DNA of 64,000 nucleotides from Elainellaceae cyanobacterium. Lineage in GTDB: Bacteria; Cyanobacteriota; Cyanobacteriia; CAKZMO01. Shown here one piece after another: positions 54,526 to 63,592 of this stretch. The stretch covers positions 323-64,322 of the forward strand of contig JBHJHJ010000084.1 of assembly GCA_050330955.1 (NCBI GenBank), given 5' to 3'. The notes beneath the pieces were generated by a model that worked only from the letters and a program-made list of their open reading frames with translations, was not told where the DNA came from and did no database searches. The translations under genes and the position numbers were made by a program. Positions within the stretch are counted from its first letter, which is position 1, and the number at the start of each line of letters is the position of its first letter.

Positions 54526-57096
54526 TTTATGTTGCGCCTGTTTTCCCAGCGGCCCAAGAGTCGCCGTCATCCACAATCTAGTGCCATCCCGGCACCGCTT
54601 CGCCGTCCTTGGTTTCTCCTAATCTTCAGTCTTGTTCTGATTGCGATCGCTTGCCTGACGCTGTGGCCAACGCCAACTGTTGCCCAAAACGGTGGGCTAG
54701 AGCAGCAGGAGAATCAGGTGATTCAGCAGTTCAAGCTGCCTGAAACGCCCCGTCAGCGCCCCGTCTACAGGCCCCGTCCGGCGCCTTCTCGCCCAGCGCC
54801 GTCTCGTCCGGCCTCTAGACCGGCCCCCCGTCCTGCAGCGCCGTCGCGGCCCTCGTCGCCGACTGCCTCACCCAGCGCAGCCCCAGCAAAACCTAAGCCG
54901 CCTGCGCCATCGCAATCTGAACCGTCGCAATCTGAACCGTCGAGCCCTGCGAGTGAGACGGCTACCTCAGAAACGCCGTCCCCCGAGGAGGACCGTTTCA
55001 CCCACATCCAGCCATTCAACTCCAGCCCCGTTGTGGGCAACCGGCTGCGGCTGCAGGGGGTCTATCCAGAGACTCGATTGGGCTTCACCCGCCCCCGAAA
55101 CTGGGATCTGCAGTCGGCCAAGGCGATGATCCACTACCAGCATTCTCCTACCCTGTTGGGCGATCGCTCCCACCTGACGCTGCGGCTGAACAACACGAGC
55201 CTGGGCAGCGTTCCCTTAGATCAGCCCAACAGCCGGGTCGCCATGGCAGTATTCGATATCCCGCCCAGTCTGATTCAAGACTATAACGACCTGTCGATGG
55301 TGGCCGTGCAGCACACCTCTGAAACCTGCACCAACCCTGCCAATCCGTCCCTTTGGACAGAGATTCTGCCGGACTCCAAACTGGAGTTTGACTACAAGTC
55401 CCTGCCGGTGGTGCTTGACCTGAGCCAGTTTCCCTATCCTTTTATTGATCCCCTCCGTCTGGGCCCCAACAAAATTGCTTACCTGGCCCCTGAAAACGAT
55501 ACCGATAGCTGGTATACGGCGGTGAGCCGTTTCCAGGTTGCTGCCGCTCGCATGGCCGAGCGTCATCTGCTAGAAACCGAAGTGGTTGAGGGTATCGACG
55601 GCCTCACTTGGAATGACCATCTGCTCATCATTGGTACGCCCAAAGATCAGCCTCTGATGGCAGATTTGTCCCTCCCCTTTAACCTAGAGGATGACCAGAT
55701 TTTGGACCAGGAAGGAACCCCACTGCCTGCGGGCACTGGCCTTCTGGTTTTGACCAGCGTTCAAGACGATTCAGTTCCGGCGCTAGTGGTGACGGGAAAT
55801 GACGCGTCGGGCGTGGAAAAGGCTATTCAGATGCTCACCCAGCCTGGCGATCGCCAGATCATGACCGGACAGACCATGCTGGTATCGAATGTAACCAACC
55901 CCGCCAGCAATGAGGGGGATTGGCCAGGTTTTCTGCCGCGCAACGCGACCTTTCAGCTCGCCGATCTGAAGCTGGAGAGTGGGGACGCGTTTCAGGACAT
56001 TACGGTGCAAGGGGCGACGCCGCCCGTCATTCGTCTACCGTTCAAGGCGCCCCCCAATGAGCAGTATCTTCGGGGCAGCACCATGACCCTGAACTATAGC
56101 TATAGCCGCCAGGTCAACCCGCGCACCTCCGCCATTGAGGTCAAGCTCAACGATGTGTCTATCGGCTCGCGTCGGCTGGATGACTGGCAAGGGGGCCGTA
56201 AGCAATTCACCCTAGAGCTTCCCCCATCCCTCATTCGCCCCGACTCAGTCCTTACCGTCAACTTTATCCTTGACCCAAGGGATTCGGAGCTTTGCGGGCC
56301 ACCTACGGACGAGCAGCTTTGGGGTACCCTGCACGGGGACACCACATTTGACCTCAAGCACGACACCGTATTCGAGTTGCCCAACCTCAGACTGTTGACG
56401 GCGGGTTTCCCGCTGGCAGAGCCCCAAGACCTATCTAATCTGGCGATCGCCCTGCCAGAGTCTCCGTCCGCTGCGGAAGTTAACATGCTGATGGCGCTCT
56501 CAAAGCGCCTGGGCGAAATCAGCAGCGCGGACGCCGTCAAGCTCGTCGTCTCTACGGGGCAGCCCTCGGCTGACATCAGCAACCGCCACGCCGTGGGTAT
56601 TGGCCTGCGCGATCGCTTTCCGCTGCCCCAGGTGCTTCAAGACGGCAGCTTTGGCCTCAACGGACCAACGCGATTTTTGCAGGACACCCAGGCCCAGAGT
56701 GCACCCAACTACGACGGGGTGATTAAGGCGATCGCCCCAGGGCCAGATACCCGCACGGTGCTTGCCCTCACCGCTGAAAGCGAAGCAGGGCTTGAGGTGC
56801 TGGAGGATGTCCTCGCGTTTGACAATCTCTTTTTCCAGCTTGAAAAAGACACCGTCCTCGTGAACCGCACCGCAGAGGAATCCCAGCCCTATGACCCCGG
56901 AGCCTACCAGCTCACGGCCCTTGACTTGAGTCCGTCTCAGAAGACGCAAAACGTGAGCTCCATGCGGGGAGCAACCCTCTTCCTACAGCAGAACTGGTTC
57001 CTCATCCCGACGGGCATTATTTTGGTGGCCCTGCTGCTGTACGCCTTTTCGCAACTTTACGTCAACCGGGTTAGCCGGTCTCAGGAGGCAAGATGA
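54523..57096 (+). CDS. bcsB: Cellulose synthase regulatory subunit BcsB-like
   Basis: 857 aa. N-terminal TM helix, a Pro-rich linker, a large periplasmic body and a C-terminal TM anchor (FLIPTGIILVALLLYAF). Its stop overlaps the bcsA start (ATGA). Confidence 0.7.
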   Translation: MFMLRLFSQRPKSRRHPQSSAIPAPLRRPWFLLIFSLVLIAIACLTLWPTPTVAQNGGLEQQENQVIQQFKLPETPRQRPVYRPRPAPSRPAPSRPASRPAPRPAAPSRPSSPTASPSAAPAKPKPPAPSQSEPSQSEPSSPASETATSETPSPEEDRFTHIQPFNSSPVVGNRLRLQGVYPETRLGFTRPRNWDLQSAKAMIHYQHSPTLLGDRSHLTLRLNNTSLGSVPLDQPNSRVAMAVFDIPPSLIQDYNDLSMVAVQHTSETCTNPANPSLWTEILPDSKLEFDYKSLPVVLDLSQFPYPFIDPLRLGPNKIAYLAPENDTDSWYTAVSRFQVAAARMAERHLLETEVVEGIDGLTWNDHLLIIGTPKDQPLMADLSLPFNLEDDQILDQEGTPLPAGTGLLVLTSVQDDSVPALVVTGNDASGVEKAIQMLTQPGDRQIMTGQTMLVSNVTNPASNEGDWPGFLPRNATFQLADLKLESGDAFQDITVQGATPPVIRLPFKAPPNEQYLRGSTMTLNYSYSRQVNPRTSAIEVKLNDVSIGSRRLDDWQGGRKQFTLELPPSLIRPDSVLTVNFILDPRDSELCGPPTDEQLWGTLHGDTTFDLKHDTVFELPNLRLLTAGFPLAEPQDLSNLAIALPESPSAAEVNMLMALSKRLGEISSADAVKLVVSTGQPSADISNRHAVGIGLRDRFPLPQVLQDGSFGLNGPTRFLQDTQAQSAPNYDGVIKAIAPGPDTRTVLALTAESEAGLEVLEDVLAFDNLFFQLEKDTVLVNRTAEESQPYDPGAYQLTALDLSPSQKTQNVSSMRGATLFLQQNWFLIPTGIILVALLLYAFSQLYVNRVSRSQEAR

Positions 57097-59630
57097 CACT
57101 CTCTCAACCCCCCGTCAATTCACGGCAGTCGTGGTTGACCCGCGGGCTGGTCAAGCTGCCCAGCTGGTTTGATGCACTCCTACCCCGGCGATCGCAAGGG
57201 CTCCTAGTCCTGCTTGGCCTATTGGTCATGCTGGTTTCGGTGCCGCTGATTGTGACATCGCTCGAGGTATGGCAGCAGGGTATTGTTGCTCTCGTCTTCA
57301 TCGTGATGGGCTGGGGAATTGTCATCCTGGAGCAGCGCCAGGGTGACTGGCGTGCCAGCGAGTATCTGCACCTGTTTCTGGTGTGGCTCAGCGTAATCAC
57401 CACCTTGAGGTATCTATTCTACCGGGCGAGCTATACGCTCAACTTCTCGACTGTGCTGAGCAGCATCTTTACCCTACTGCTGTTTTCCGCTGAGCTATAT
57501 GCCATCCTCACGCTGCTGCTCACCTACTTCCAAACCATTCGCATACGCGATCGCGAGCCGGTCTCCCTGGCCCACGTCCCAGAGCAGCAGCTCCCCTCGG
57601 TCGACATCTACATCCCCACCTACAACGAAGACATTGCCATCGTCCGCAAGACGGCTCTGGCGGCCCTCGCTGTGGACTATCCCGCCTATAAGCGGCAGGT
57701 GTTCGTGCTTGACGATGGCCGTAAAGATCCCGAGCGCCGCCGCCTGCTGCAGCACATGTGCCAGCAAATCGGCTGCACCATGCTGACGCGCCCCAACAAT
57801 GACCACGCCAAAGCCGGCAACATCAACACCGCACTGCCCCGCACGCCGGGGGAGCTGGTCTTGATTCTCGACTGCGACCATATTCCCAGTAAACAAATTC
57901 TGCAGCACACGGTGGGCTTTTTTCAAAACCCCAAGGTCTCCCTAGTGCAGACGCCCCACTGGTTCTATAACCCCGACCCCTTCGAGCGCAACCTCCTCAC
58001 CCAGGGCCGGATTCCCGTGGGCAATGAGCTGTTTTACAAGCTTGTACAGAAGAGCAACGACTTTTGGAATGCTACATTTTTCTGTGGATCGGCGGCGGTC
58101 ATTCGTAAATCTCACCTGATGGAGGTGGGCGGCATCGCGGTAGAAACCGTGACAGAAGACTGCCACACTTCGCTACGGCTGCATAAGCTGGGCTACGAGA
58201 CGGTCTACTACGACAAAATCATGGTAGCGGGTTTGGCGCCAGATACTTTTTCAGCCTACGTGGGACAACAAATCCGCTGGGCACGAGGCATGGCGCAAAT
58301 TTTGCGCCTAGAGAAGCCTCTGTTTAACTGGAAGCTGACGCTGTCCCAGCGCCTATGCTATACGTCGGCCACATCTCACTTTTTCTACGGGTTCCCTCGA
58401 CTGATGTACGCGATCGCCCCTGTGCTCTATCTCTTGGGCGGAATTAATCCTATCCGGGGCCTCGGTGTAGAAACCCTAGCCTATGCTCTGCCCCACATCA
58501 TCTTGTCGATGAACGCCAACTTTATTGCCCAAAAGGGCATTCGGTTTTCGTTCTGGAACGAAATTTTCGAGTACGCGATGGCGTACCGCACAGGGATTGT
58601 GACGCTGATGGCACTGCTTAACCCAAAACTGGGGAGCTTCAACGTTACGGCCAAAGGGGTATCGGTCACCAAGCGGGTGTTTGACCTCCAGTCGGCGTGG
58701 GTCACGGTCGGGCTCGTTGGGCTACTGGTGTGTTCGCTGCTGGCGGTACCCTTTTGGCTGATTGTACGCCCAGAGTCTCAGCAGGCGGTGCTCATCAACG
58801 CCCTGTGGTGTGTGTTCAACTTAGTGATGGTTTCAGCTGCCGCGGTGGTCGCTTTTGAGCAGCCACAGATGCGCCGAGCCCACCGTCTGCAGCGCCATCT
58901 GCCAGTGACTGTGGCTGGTATTGACCAGCCCCTACAGGGTCAAACCATAGACATCAGCGAGAGCGGAGCGCGCATTCAGCTTGAAAGCTGGCCCAACTTG
59001 CCCGATATCATCGAACTCGATATCCAGGGAGATTTCGGGGCGAGGGTGCAGCTTGAGGCTGAGATCCTGAGGGTGCAGCCCATAGACGGCGGCGTTGTGC
59101 TGGGCGTCGACTTTGTGGACCTCACGCCAGAGCAGTCTGACGCGCTGGTGCTGGTCCTCTATTCCGATGTTGAAGAGTGGTACAGCCAGCGGCGGACAGA
59201 CGTTGATCGCCCCTTCTCATCCCTCAGGTTTATGGCGACAAGCTTAGCGCGGGCGTTCAAAGACCCAAAGCCGTCCCAAAAGACCCCCGTATTCAGGCAG
59301 GTTCAGGGCCCAGCTCAAATTTACTGGAACGGTCAGCACTACCCAGCAATGGGCACTGAAATGAACTCTCGCTGCATCCGGCTTGAGATTGACCTGGCTC
59401 AAGCGCCTGATCTGATGTCGCTGTCGGCGTCAAAGCCAGCGGTGGGACTTTTGATGGGGAGGCCTCATCAGGCCGAACCGGTACGCCTTGTCGCTCAACT
59501 GGCGAGCATTGTGCCAACTGAAGACTCTGGCCTCCCTCGGGGGAAAGCAATAGTCGAGCTAAAGTTTCCCAAGGCTCTCAACCCCCGTCAGGGTTACAAG
59601 ATCAGGCAGCTCTTGCGGGAGCTAACGTGA
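57093..59630 (+). CDS. bcsA: Cellulose synthase catalytic subunit (UDP-forming) with a PilZ domain
   Basis: GT2 motifs VLDDG, LDCDH, TEDCHTS and QQIRWARG (QxxRW). PilZ motifs RRAHR (RxxxR, aa 594-598) and DISESG (aa 620-625). Multiple TM helices. Confidence 0.92.
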   Translation: MTLSQPPVNSRQSWLTRGLVKLPSWFDALLPRRSQGLLVLLGLLVMLVSVPLIVTSLEVWQQGIVALVFIVMGWGIVILEQRQGDWRASEYLHLFLVWLSVITTLRYLFYRASYTLNFSTVLSSIFTLLLFSAELYAILTLLLTYFQTIRIRDREPVSLAHVPEQQLPSVDIYIPTYNEDIAIVRKTALAALAVDYPAYKRQVFVLDDGRKDPERRRLLQHMCQQIGCTMLTRPNNDHAKAGNINTALPRTPGELVLILDCDHIPSKQILQHTVGFFQNPKVSLVQTPHWFYNPDPFERNLLTQGRIPVGNELFYKLVQKSNDFWNATFFCGSAAVIRKSHLMEVGGIAVETVTEDCHTSLRLHKLGYETVYYDKIMVAGLAPDTFSAYVGQQIRWARGMAQILRLEKPLFNWKLTLSQRLCYTSATSHFFYGFPRLMYAIAPVLYLLGGINPIRGLGVETLAYALPHIILSMNANFIAQKGIRFSFWNEIFEYAMAYRTGIVTLMALLNPKLGSFNVTAKGVSVTKRVFDLQSAWVTVGLVGLLVCSLLAVPFWLIVRPESQQAVLINALWCVFNLVMVSAAAVVAFEQPQMRRAHRLQRHLPVTVAGIDQPLQGQTIDISESGARIQLESWPNLPDIIELDIQGDFGARVQLEAEILRVQPIDGGVVLGVDFVDLTPEQSDALVLVLYSDVEEWYSQRRTDVDRPFSSLRFMATSLARAFKDPKPSQKTPVFRQVQGPAQIYWNGQHYPAMGTEMNSRCIRLEIDLAQAPDLMSLSASKPAVGLLMGRPHQAEPVRLVAQLASIVPTEDSGLPRGKAIVELKFPKALNPRQGYKIRQLLRELT

Positions 59631-59638
59631 GCTGTCAG

Positions 59639-59673
59639 GTGGGATGGGAGGAGGTCTCATCCTCTCATCCCAC
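59639..59673. terminator. Hairpin between convergent genes (14-bp stem with one G-U pair, 7-nt loop)
   Basis: gtgggatgggagga (59639-59652) pairs with tcctctcatcccac (59660-59673). No U-tract on either strand. Confidence 0.5.
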
Positions 59674-59689
59674 AAATCAAACGAGGCCG

Positions 59690-60022
59690 CTATAGTGGCG
59701 TAAAGGTGCGGAGTAGCTTCAGTACCCGCAGCTGAAAGAGCAAATCCTGCAGTTCAGAGCTGACTTCTGGGGGGTACTCGCGCTCTGCCAACTCTGCCAG
59801 CAGTTCCGCATATTCGACTGCCGTTAGGGGTTCTCCATCTACGGGCGATCGCGCCTCCAGGATGATTTCGGTGCGGGCCACCTCTTCTGGCACATCTTCT
59901 GGCGGCGGCAGCGCCACAGCGGGAAGTAGAGTAACCCCAGGCCCGCCCACGGCCAGCAACAAAGTCATCCACTGTAGAGGTGTACGGCGGTACCCCCTCT
60001 CCAACCAGCCAAAATCCTGCAT
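59690..60022 (-). CDS. Hypothetical protein, 110 aa, one TM helix
   Basis: ORF 5 nt downstream of ispD on the same strand. Hydrophobic segment WMTLLLAVGGPGVTLLPAVAL. Confidence 0.55.
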   Translation of the reverse strand: MQDFGWLERGYRRTPLQWMTLLLAVGGPGVTLLPAVALPPPEDVPEEVARTEIILEARSPVDGEPLTAVEYAELLAELAEREYPPEVSSELQDLLFQLRVLKLLRTFTPL

Positions 60023-60027
60023 TTTCC

Positions 60028-60795
60028 CTACGGGGTATACCCGTCCCGATTCTGCAAAATAAATGTCGCGATCGCCAAGTCCATCGGCGTCGTAATTTTC
60101 AGGTTTGTCTCTTCGCCTTCCACAATTTGAACCGGCAGTCCGCAGCGCTCAAACAGCGCCGCATCATCCGTTACCGCCCAGTTTAGCTCGCGGCCCTGGC
60201 TGTGGCACTGCCGCAGCTTTTCCACCTCAAAGCCCTGGGGCGTTTGCGCGGCCCACAGGTTCTTCCGGTCGGGGGTACGCTCAACCTGCGCCGTACCGGG
60301 AGCGACGACTTTAATCGTGTCTTTCACCGGCACCGCTGCAATCAAGCCGGCACAGGTCTGCAGTGCCTGGACGCAGCGGGTAAACAGATCAGGCGTAGCC
60401 AAACACCGCGCCCCGTCGTGAATCAGCACATGGGTGGCGCCCTCAGGCAGCGACTCCAGCCCGTTATACACGGACTCTTGCCGCGTCTCCCCCCCCTGAA
60501 TTAGCTCGACGGGCGTCTGTAGCGAGAGCGCCGCCAGAATTTGCTTGACGTCGGGCCAATCGTAAGACTGCCCTAGGATGCCAATCCAGTTAATTTCTGG
60601 GCAGCGGTCTGCCGCCTGCAGGGTCCAGGCGAGCACCGGCTGCGCCATCAGCGGCAGCAGCAGCTTGTTGCGATCGCTGCCCATGCGTCGACCTCGGCCC
60701 GCTGCAGGAATGAGTAAATGCACGGTTTGCTCTGTAGAAAATTTATCTATAGAAGGTCTAGTCCTTGGCTCAGAGCGTGGTCCGATTAAAGGCAC
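60028..60795 (-). CDS. ispD: 2-C-methyl-D-erythritol 4-phosphate cytidylyltransferase
   Basis: LLIPAAGRGRRMGSDRNKLLL motif. The start may be the GTG at 60723, giving a family-typical length. Confidence 0.88.
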   Translation of the reverse strand: MPLIGPRSEPRTRPSIDKFSTEQTVHLLIPAAGRGRRMGSDRNKLLLPLMAQPVLAWTLQAADRCPEINWIGILGQSYDWPDVKQILAALSLQTPVELIQGGETRQESVYNGLESLPEGATHVLIHDGARCLATPDLFTRCVQALQTCAGLIAAVPVKDTIKVVAPGTAQVERTPDRKNLWAAQTPQGFEVEKLRQCHSQGRELNWAVTDDAALFERCGLPVQIVEGEETNLKITTPMDLAIATFILQNRDGYTP

Positions 60796-60941
60796 AACCC
60801 AGAGCTGTGAGTATCCTACCTCGGTTAACCGCCAAAGCTAAACTCTAGGTCTGAGGCCACACGTCACAGATTCATGCCTCTGCTCTTTTGATTCCGGAGT
60901 CCTTCCTCTACAATTAAGAGCGGATTCTTCCGGTGAACACC

Positions 60942-61907
60942 ATGCGCATATTGGCTCTTGTCCCTGGTGGGATTGGCGACCAAGTTCTCTTTTTTCCAAC
61001 GCTGAGCGACCTAAAGCAGACCTATCCCAACGCTGAGATTGACGTTGTCGTTGAACCTCGGGCCAAGGGAGCCTACCGCGTCTGTCCGTCCGTCAGCGAC
61101 GTGATTGCATTTGACTTCAAGAACCGCAATAGCCCAGCCGACTGGGCTAACCTGCTGGGGGTGATTCGGGAGCGCTACTACGACGTAGCCCTTTCATTAG
61201 GAAGCCGCTGGAGCGTCGGGCTCCTGCTGTGGCTGACCGGAACGCCGAACCGGGTGGGCTATGCCAGCAGCATCGGCAGTTGGTTTCTCACTAACCCTGT
61301 ACCCCTCAAGCCTGAGCAGTACGCCGCCTGCATGTACCACGACCTACTGCAGGGATTAAGTATTGACACATCCTGCCCCCTGCCCAGCATCAGCGTCCCT
61401 AAAAGCGACATCGATTGGGCAGATGGTGAGCGATCGCGCCTAGAGGTGGGCGATCGCGGCTATGTGCTCATCCACGGCGGCTCTAGCCAGCTTGCCAAAG
61501 ACAAGGGCATCGACAAGCTCTACCCGGTGGAGTCTTGGGTCACCATTGTTCAAGACTTTCAAAAGCGGCAGCCCGACCTACCTGTTGTTGTGGTACAAGG
61601 GCCGGAAGATGAGGACTTTGTCGCCCAGCTCAAGCATTCGGCAAATATTAAGGTGACGCAGCCCGGCGACATCGGTAAGCTGGCGGCGATGATTGCTGGG
61701 GCAAACCTGATGCTCTGTACCGACAGCGCCCCCATGCACCTAGCGGTTGCCCTTAAGGTCTACACTTTGGCCCTATTTGGCCCCACGGACCCGGCGCGGT
61801 TACTGCCCCAGGACGACAAGTTCATTGGCATCAAGTCTGATACGGGAAACATGGCGGACATCCCGCCTGAAAAGGTCCTAAATCAGGTGTGGGGCGGCGC
61901 GTCGTAG
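60942..61907 (+). CDS. Glycosyltransferase family 9 (heptosyltransferase-like)
   Basis: MRILALVPGGIGDQVLFFPTL and LMLCTDSAPMHLAVAL motifs. I prefer the ATG at 60942 over the GTG at 60933. Confidence 0.85.
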   Translation: MRILALVPGGIGDQVLFFPTLSDLKQTYPNAEIDVVVEPRAKGAYRVCPSVSDVIAFDFKNRNSPADWANLLGVIRERYYDVALSLGSRWSVGLLLWLTGTPNRVGYASSIGSWFLTNPVPLKPEQYAACMYHDLLQGLSIDTSCPLPSISVPKSDIDWADGERSRLEVGDRGYVLIHGGSSQLAKDKGIDKLYPVESWVTIVQDFQKRQPDLPVVVVQGPEDEDFVAQLKHSANIKVTQPGDIGKLAAMIAGANLMLCTDSAPMHLAVALKVYTLALFGPTDPARLLPQDDKFIGIKSDTGNMADIPPEKVLNQVWGGAS

Positions 61908-61965
61908 GGATCGCCCGGCAATGGCTATTCGCCCCTGCCTACCCTGCCCGACGCGCCCCGACATA

Positions 61966-62820
61966 TTACAACCGCGACGCCGCAAACGTATCGCACTGCG
62001 CCACATCCCCCGTCTCTAGCCCCTGGGTAAACCACCGCACCCGCTGCTCAGAGCTGCCATGGGTAAAGGCGTCCGGCACCACATACCCCTGGGAGCGGCG
62101 CTGGAGGCGATCGTCTCCAATGGCACTGGCGGCGTTGAGGCCTTCCTGGATGTCGCCTCGCTCTAGCGCTACGTTCTCAGACCGACTGGTGTAATTGGCC
62201 CAAATGCCTGCCAAGCAGTCCGCCTGTAGTTCAAGCCGCACGGAGAGCTGATTGGCCTCAGTGCGGCTCGCCCGCTGCTGCGCCTGCCGCACCTGATCCG
62301 AGATACCGAGCTGATTTTGTACGTGGTGCGCCACCTCGTGGGCCACGACGTAGGCCTGGGCGAAGTCTCCTGGTGCTCCAAGCTGGGAGTCCATCGCTTG
62401 GAAGAAACTCAGGTCGATGTATATCTTCTCGTCCGCTGGACAATAGAAGGGGCCTACTGCCGCCTGAGCATAGCCACAGGCTGACTCTACAGCATTTGAG
62501 AACAGCACCAGATTGGGCTCCTGGTAGTCTCGCCCGATCTCAGCAAATAGCTCATTCCAGGTATCTTCAGTGTCTGCAAGCACCACCGACACAAACTCAG
62601 CGAGCTGATCTTGCTCTGGGGAGGTAGCGGTGGGCGGCGCTGATGGCCCTGGACCAGACGATGTGCCCTGGAAAATGACGGACGGGTCACCCCCAAGCAG
62701 CAAAACAATAACCGCTAAGATGATTGCACCGATGCCGCCGCCACCCACAAGCACAGGCCCTGCGCCTTGACCCCGTCTATCTTCTACGTTCTCACTTCGT
62801 CGTCCAAACTGCCAGCGCAT
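61966..62820 (-). CDS. YpfJ-family neutral zinc metallopeptidase
   Basis: MRWQFGRRSENVEDRRG N-terminus, a TM helix, and the HEVAHHVQ zinc motif. Confidence 0.85.
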   Translation of the reverse strand: MRWQFGRRSENVEDRRGQGAGPVLVGGGGIGAIILAVIVLLLGGDPSVIFQGTSSGPGPSAPPTATSPEQDQLAEFVSVVLADTEDTWNELFAEIGRDYQEPNLVLFSNAVESACGYAQAAVGPFYCPADEKIYIDLSFFQAMDSQLGAPGDFAQAYVVAHEVAHHVQNQLGISDQVRQAQQRASRTEANQLSVRLELQADCLAGIWANYTSRSENVALERGDIQEGLNAASAIGDDRLQRRSQGYVVPDAFTHGSSEQRVRWFTQGLETGDVAQCDTFAASRL

Positions 62821-62926
62821 AGTGCTCTCTCGGTGGGTTCGTGGTCTTCAATGTCAAGACGATGGTAGATCAAAACTTAACCTGAGCCATAACCCCTACG
62901 AAATAATTGCGCTGCAGCAGAATTGA

Positions 62927-63556
62927 TTACTGACGACCCATCACCTGCACAAGCCAAAGCGAGATAGCAATGCCAAAAAAGTGGGCTAGGGCAATATTGA
63001 TATTGGCCTGCACCACCCAAATATCTAAGGGCTGAATCGCCTGGGTGATGCGCTCAAAAATTGCGGCACCGCCCTGGGGCTGCGAAAGGGCTTTGCTCAC
63101 CAGCGCGCCGATGAGGGCTTCCCCACCCAGCAATGTCAGCAGCATACCCGCCATATTGACCAGTAGCCCAATTCTTAGCGATCGCACCACCTCACTGGGT
63201 CTGGGTCTCGCCTCGCTGTTGGGCGATCGCAGCTTACGGGACACTCGGGTATATCGAAAGGCCCAGTACGCCCCGCCATATAGGGCCAGTAACCCAAGCC
63301 CAGCTAGGGCCAAGCCGATCCCTGCGCCTGGGTTATCTCGCGGGACGTCGCTGCTGCTCTGAAAGTTAATCAGCACCGTGGAAAACAGCAGCGTCAGGGA
63401 AGAAACTACTGCCAAGATGAACTGAATCCAAAAGCTCGTCCAGCCGTACCAGCGAAATGATCGCGTAATGCGCTGCAGGTAGGAATCTTTGTCTAGCATT
63501 GAGGGGAGCTGACTGAGGAAGAGACGTCGTAGAGCAATATGATTAAACCATAGCAC
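62927..63556 (-). CDS. DUF3611-like membrane protein
   Basis: FRWYGWTSFWIQFILAVVSSLTLLFS and three further TM helices. The start may be the Met at 63499. Confidence 0.65.
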   Translation of the reverse strand: MLWFNHIALRRLFLSQLPSMLDKDSYLQRITRSFRWYGWTSFWIQFILAVVSSLTLLFSTVLINFQSSSDVPRDNPGAGIGLALAGLGLLALYGGAYWAFRYTRVSRKLRSPNSEARPRPSEVVRSLRIGLLVNMAGMLLTLLGGEALIGALVSKALSQPQGGAAIFERITQAIQPLDIWVVQANINIALAHFFGIAISLWLVQVMGRQ

Positions 63557-63592
63557 TTGGCCGTCTGTAGCTGCGGCGCGATCGTATCTGGC

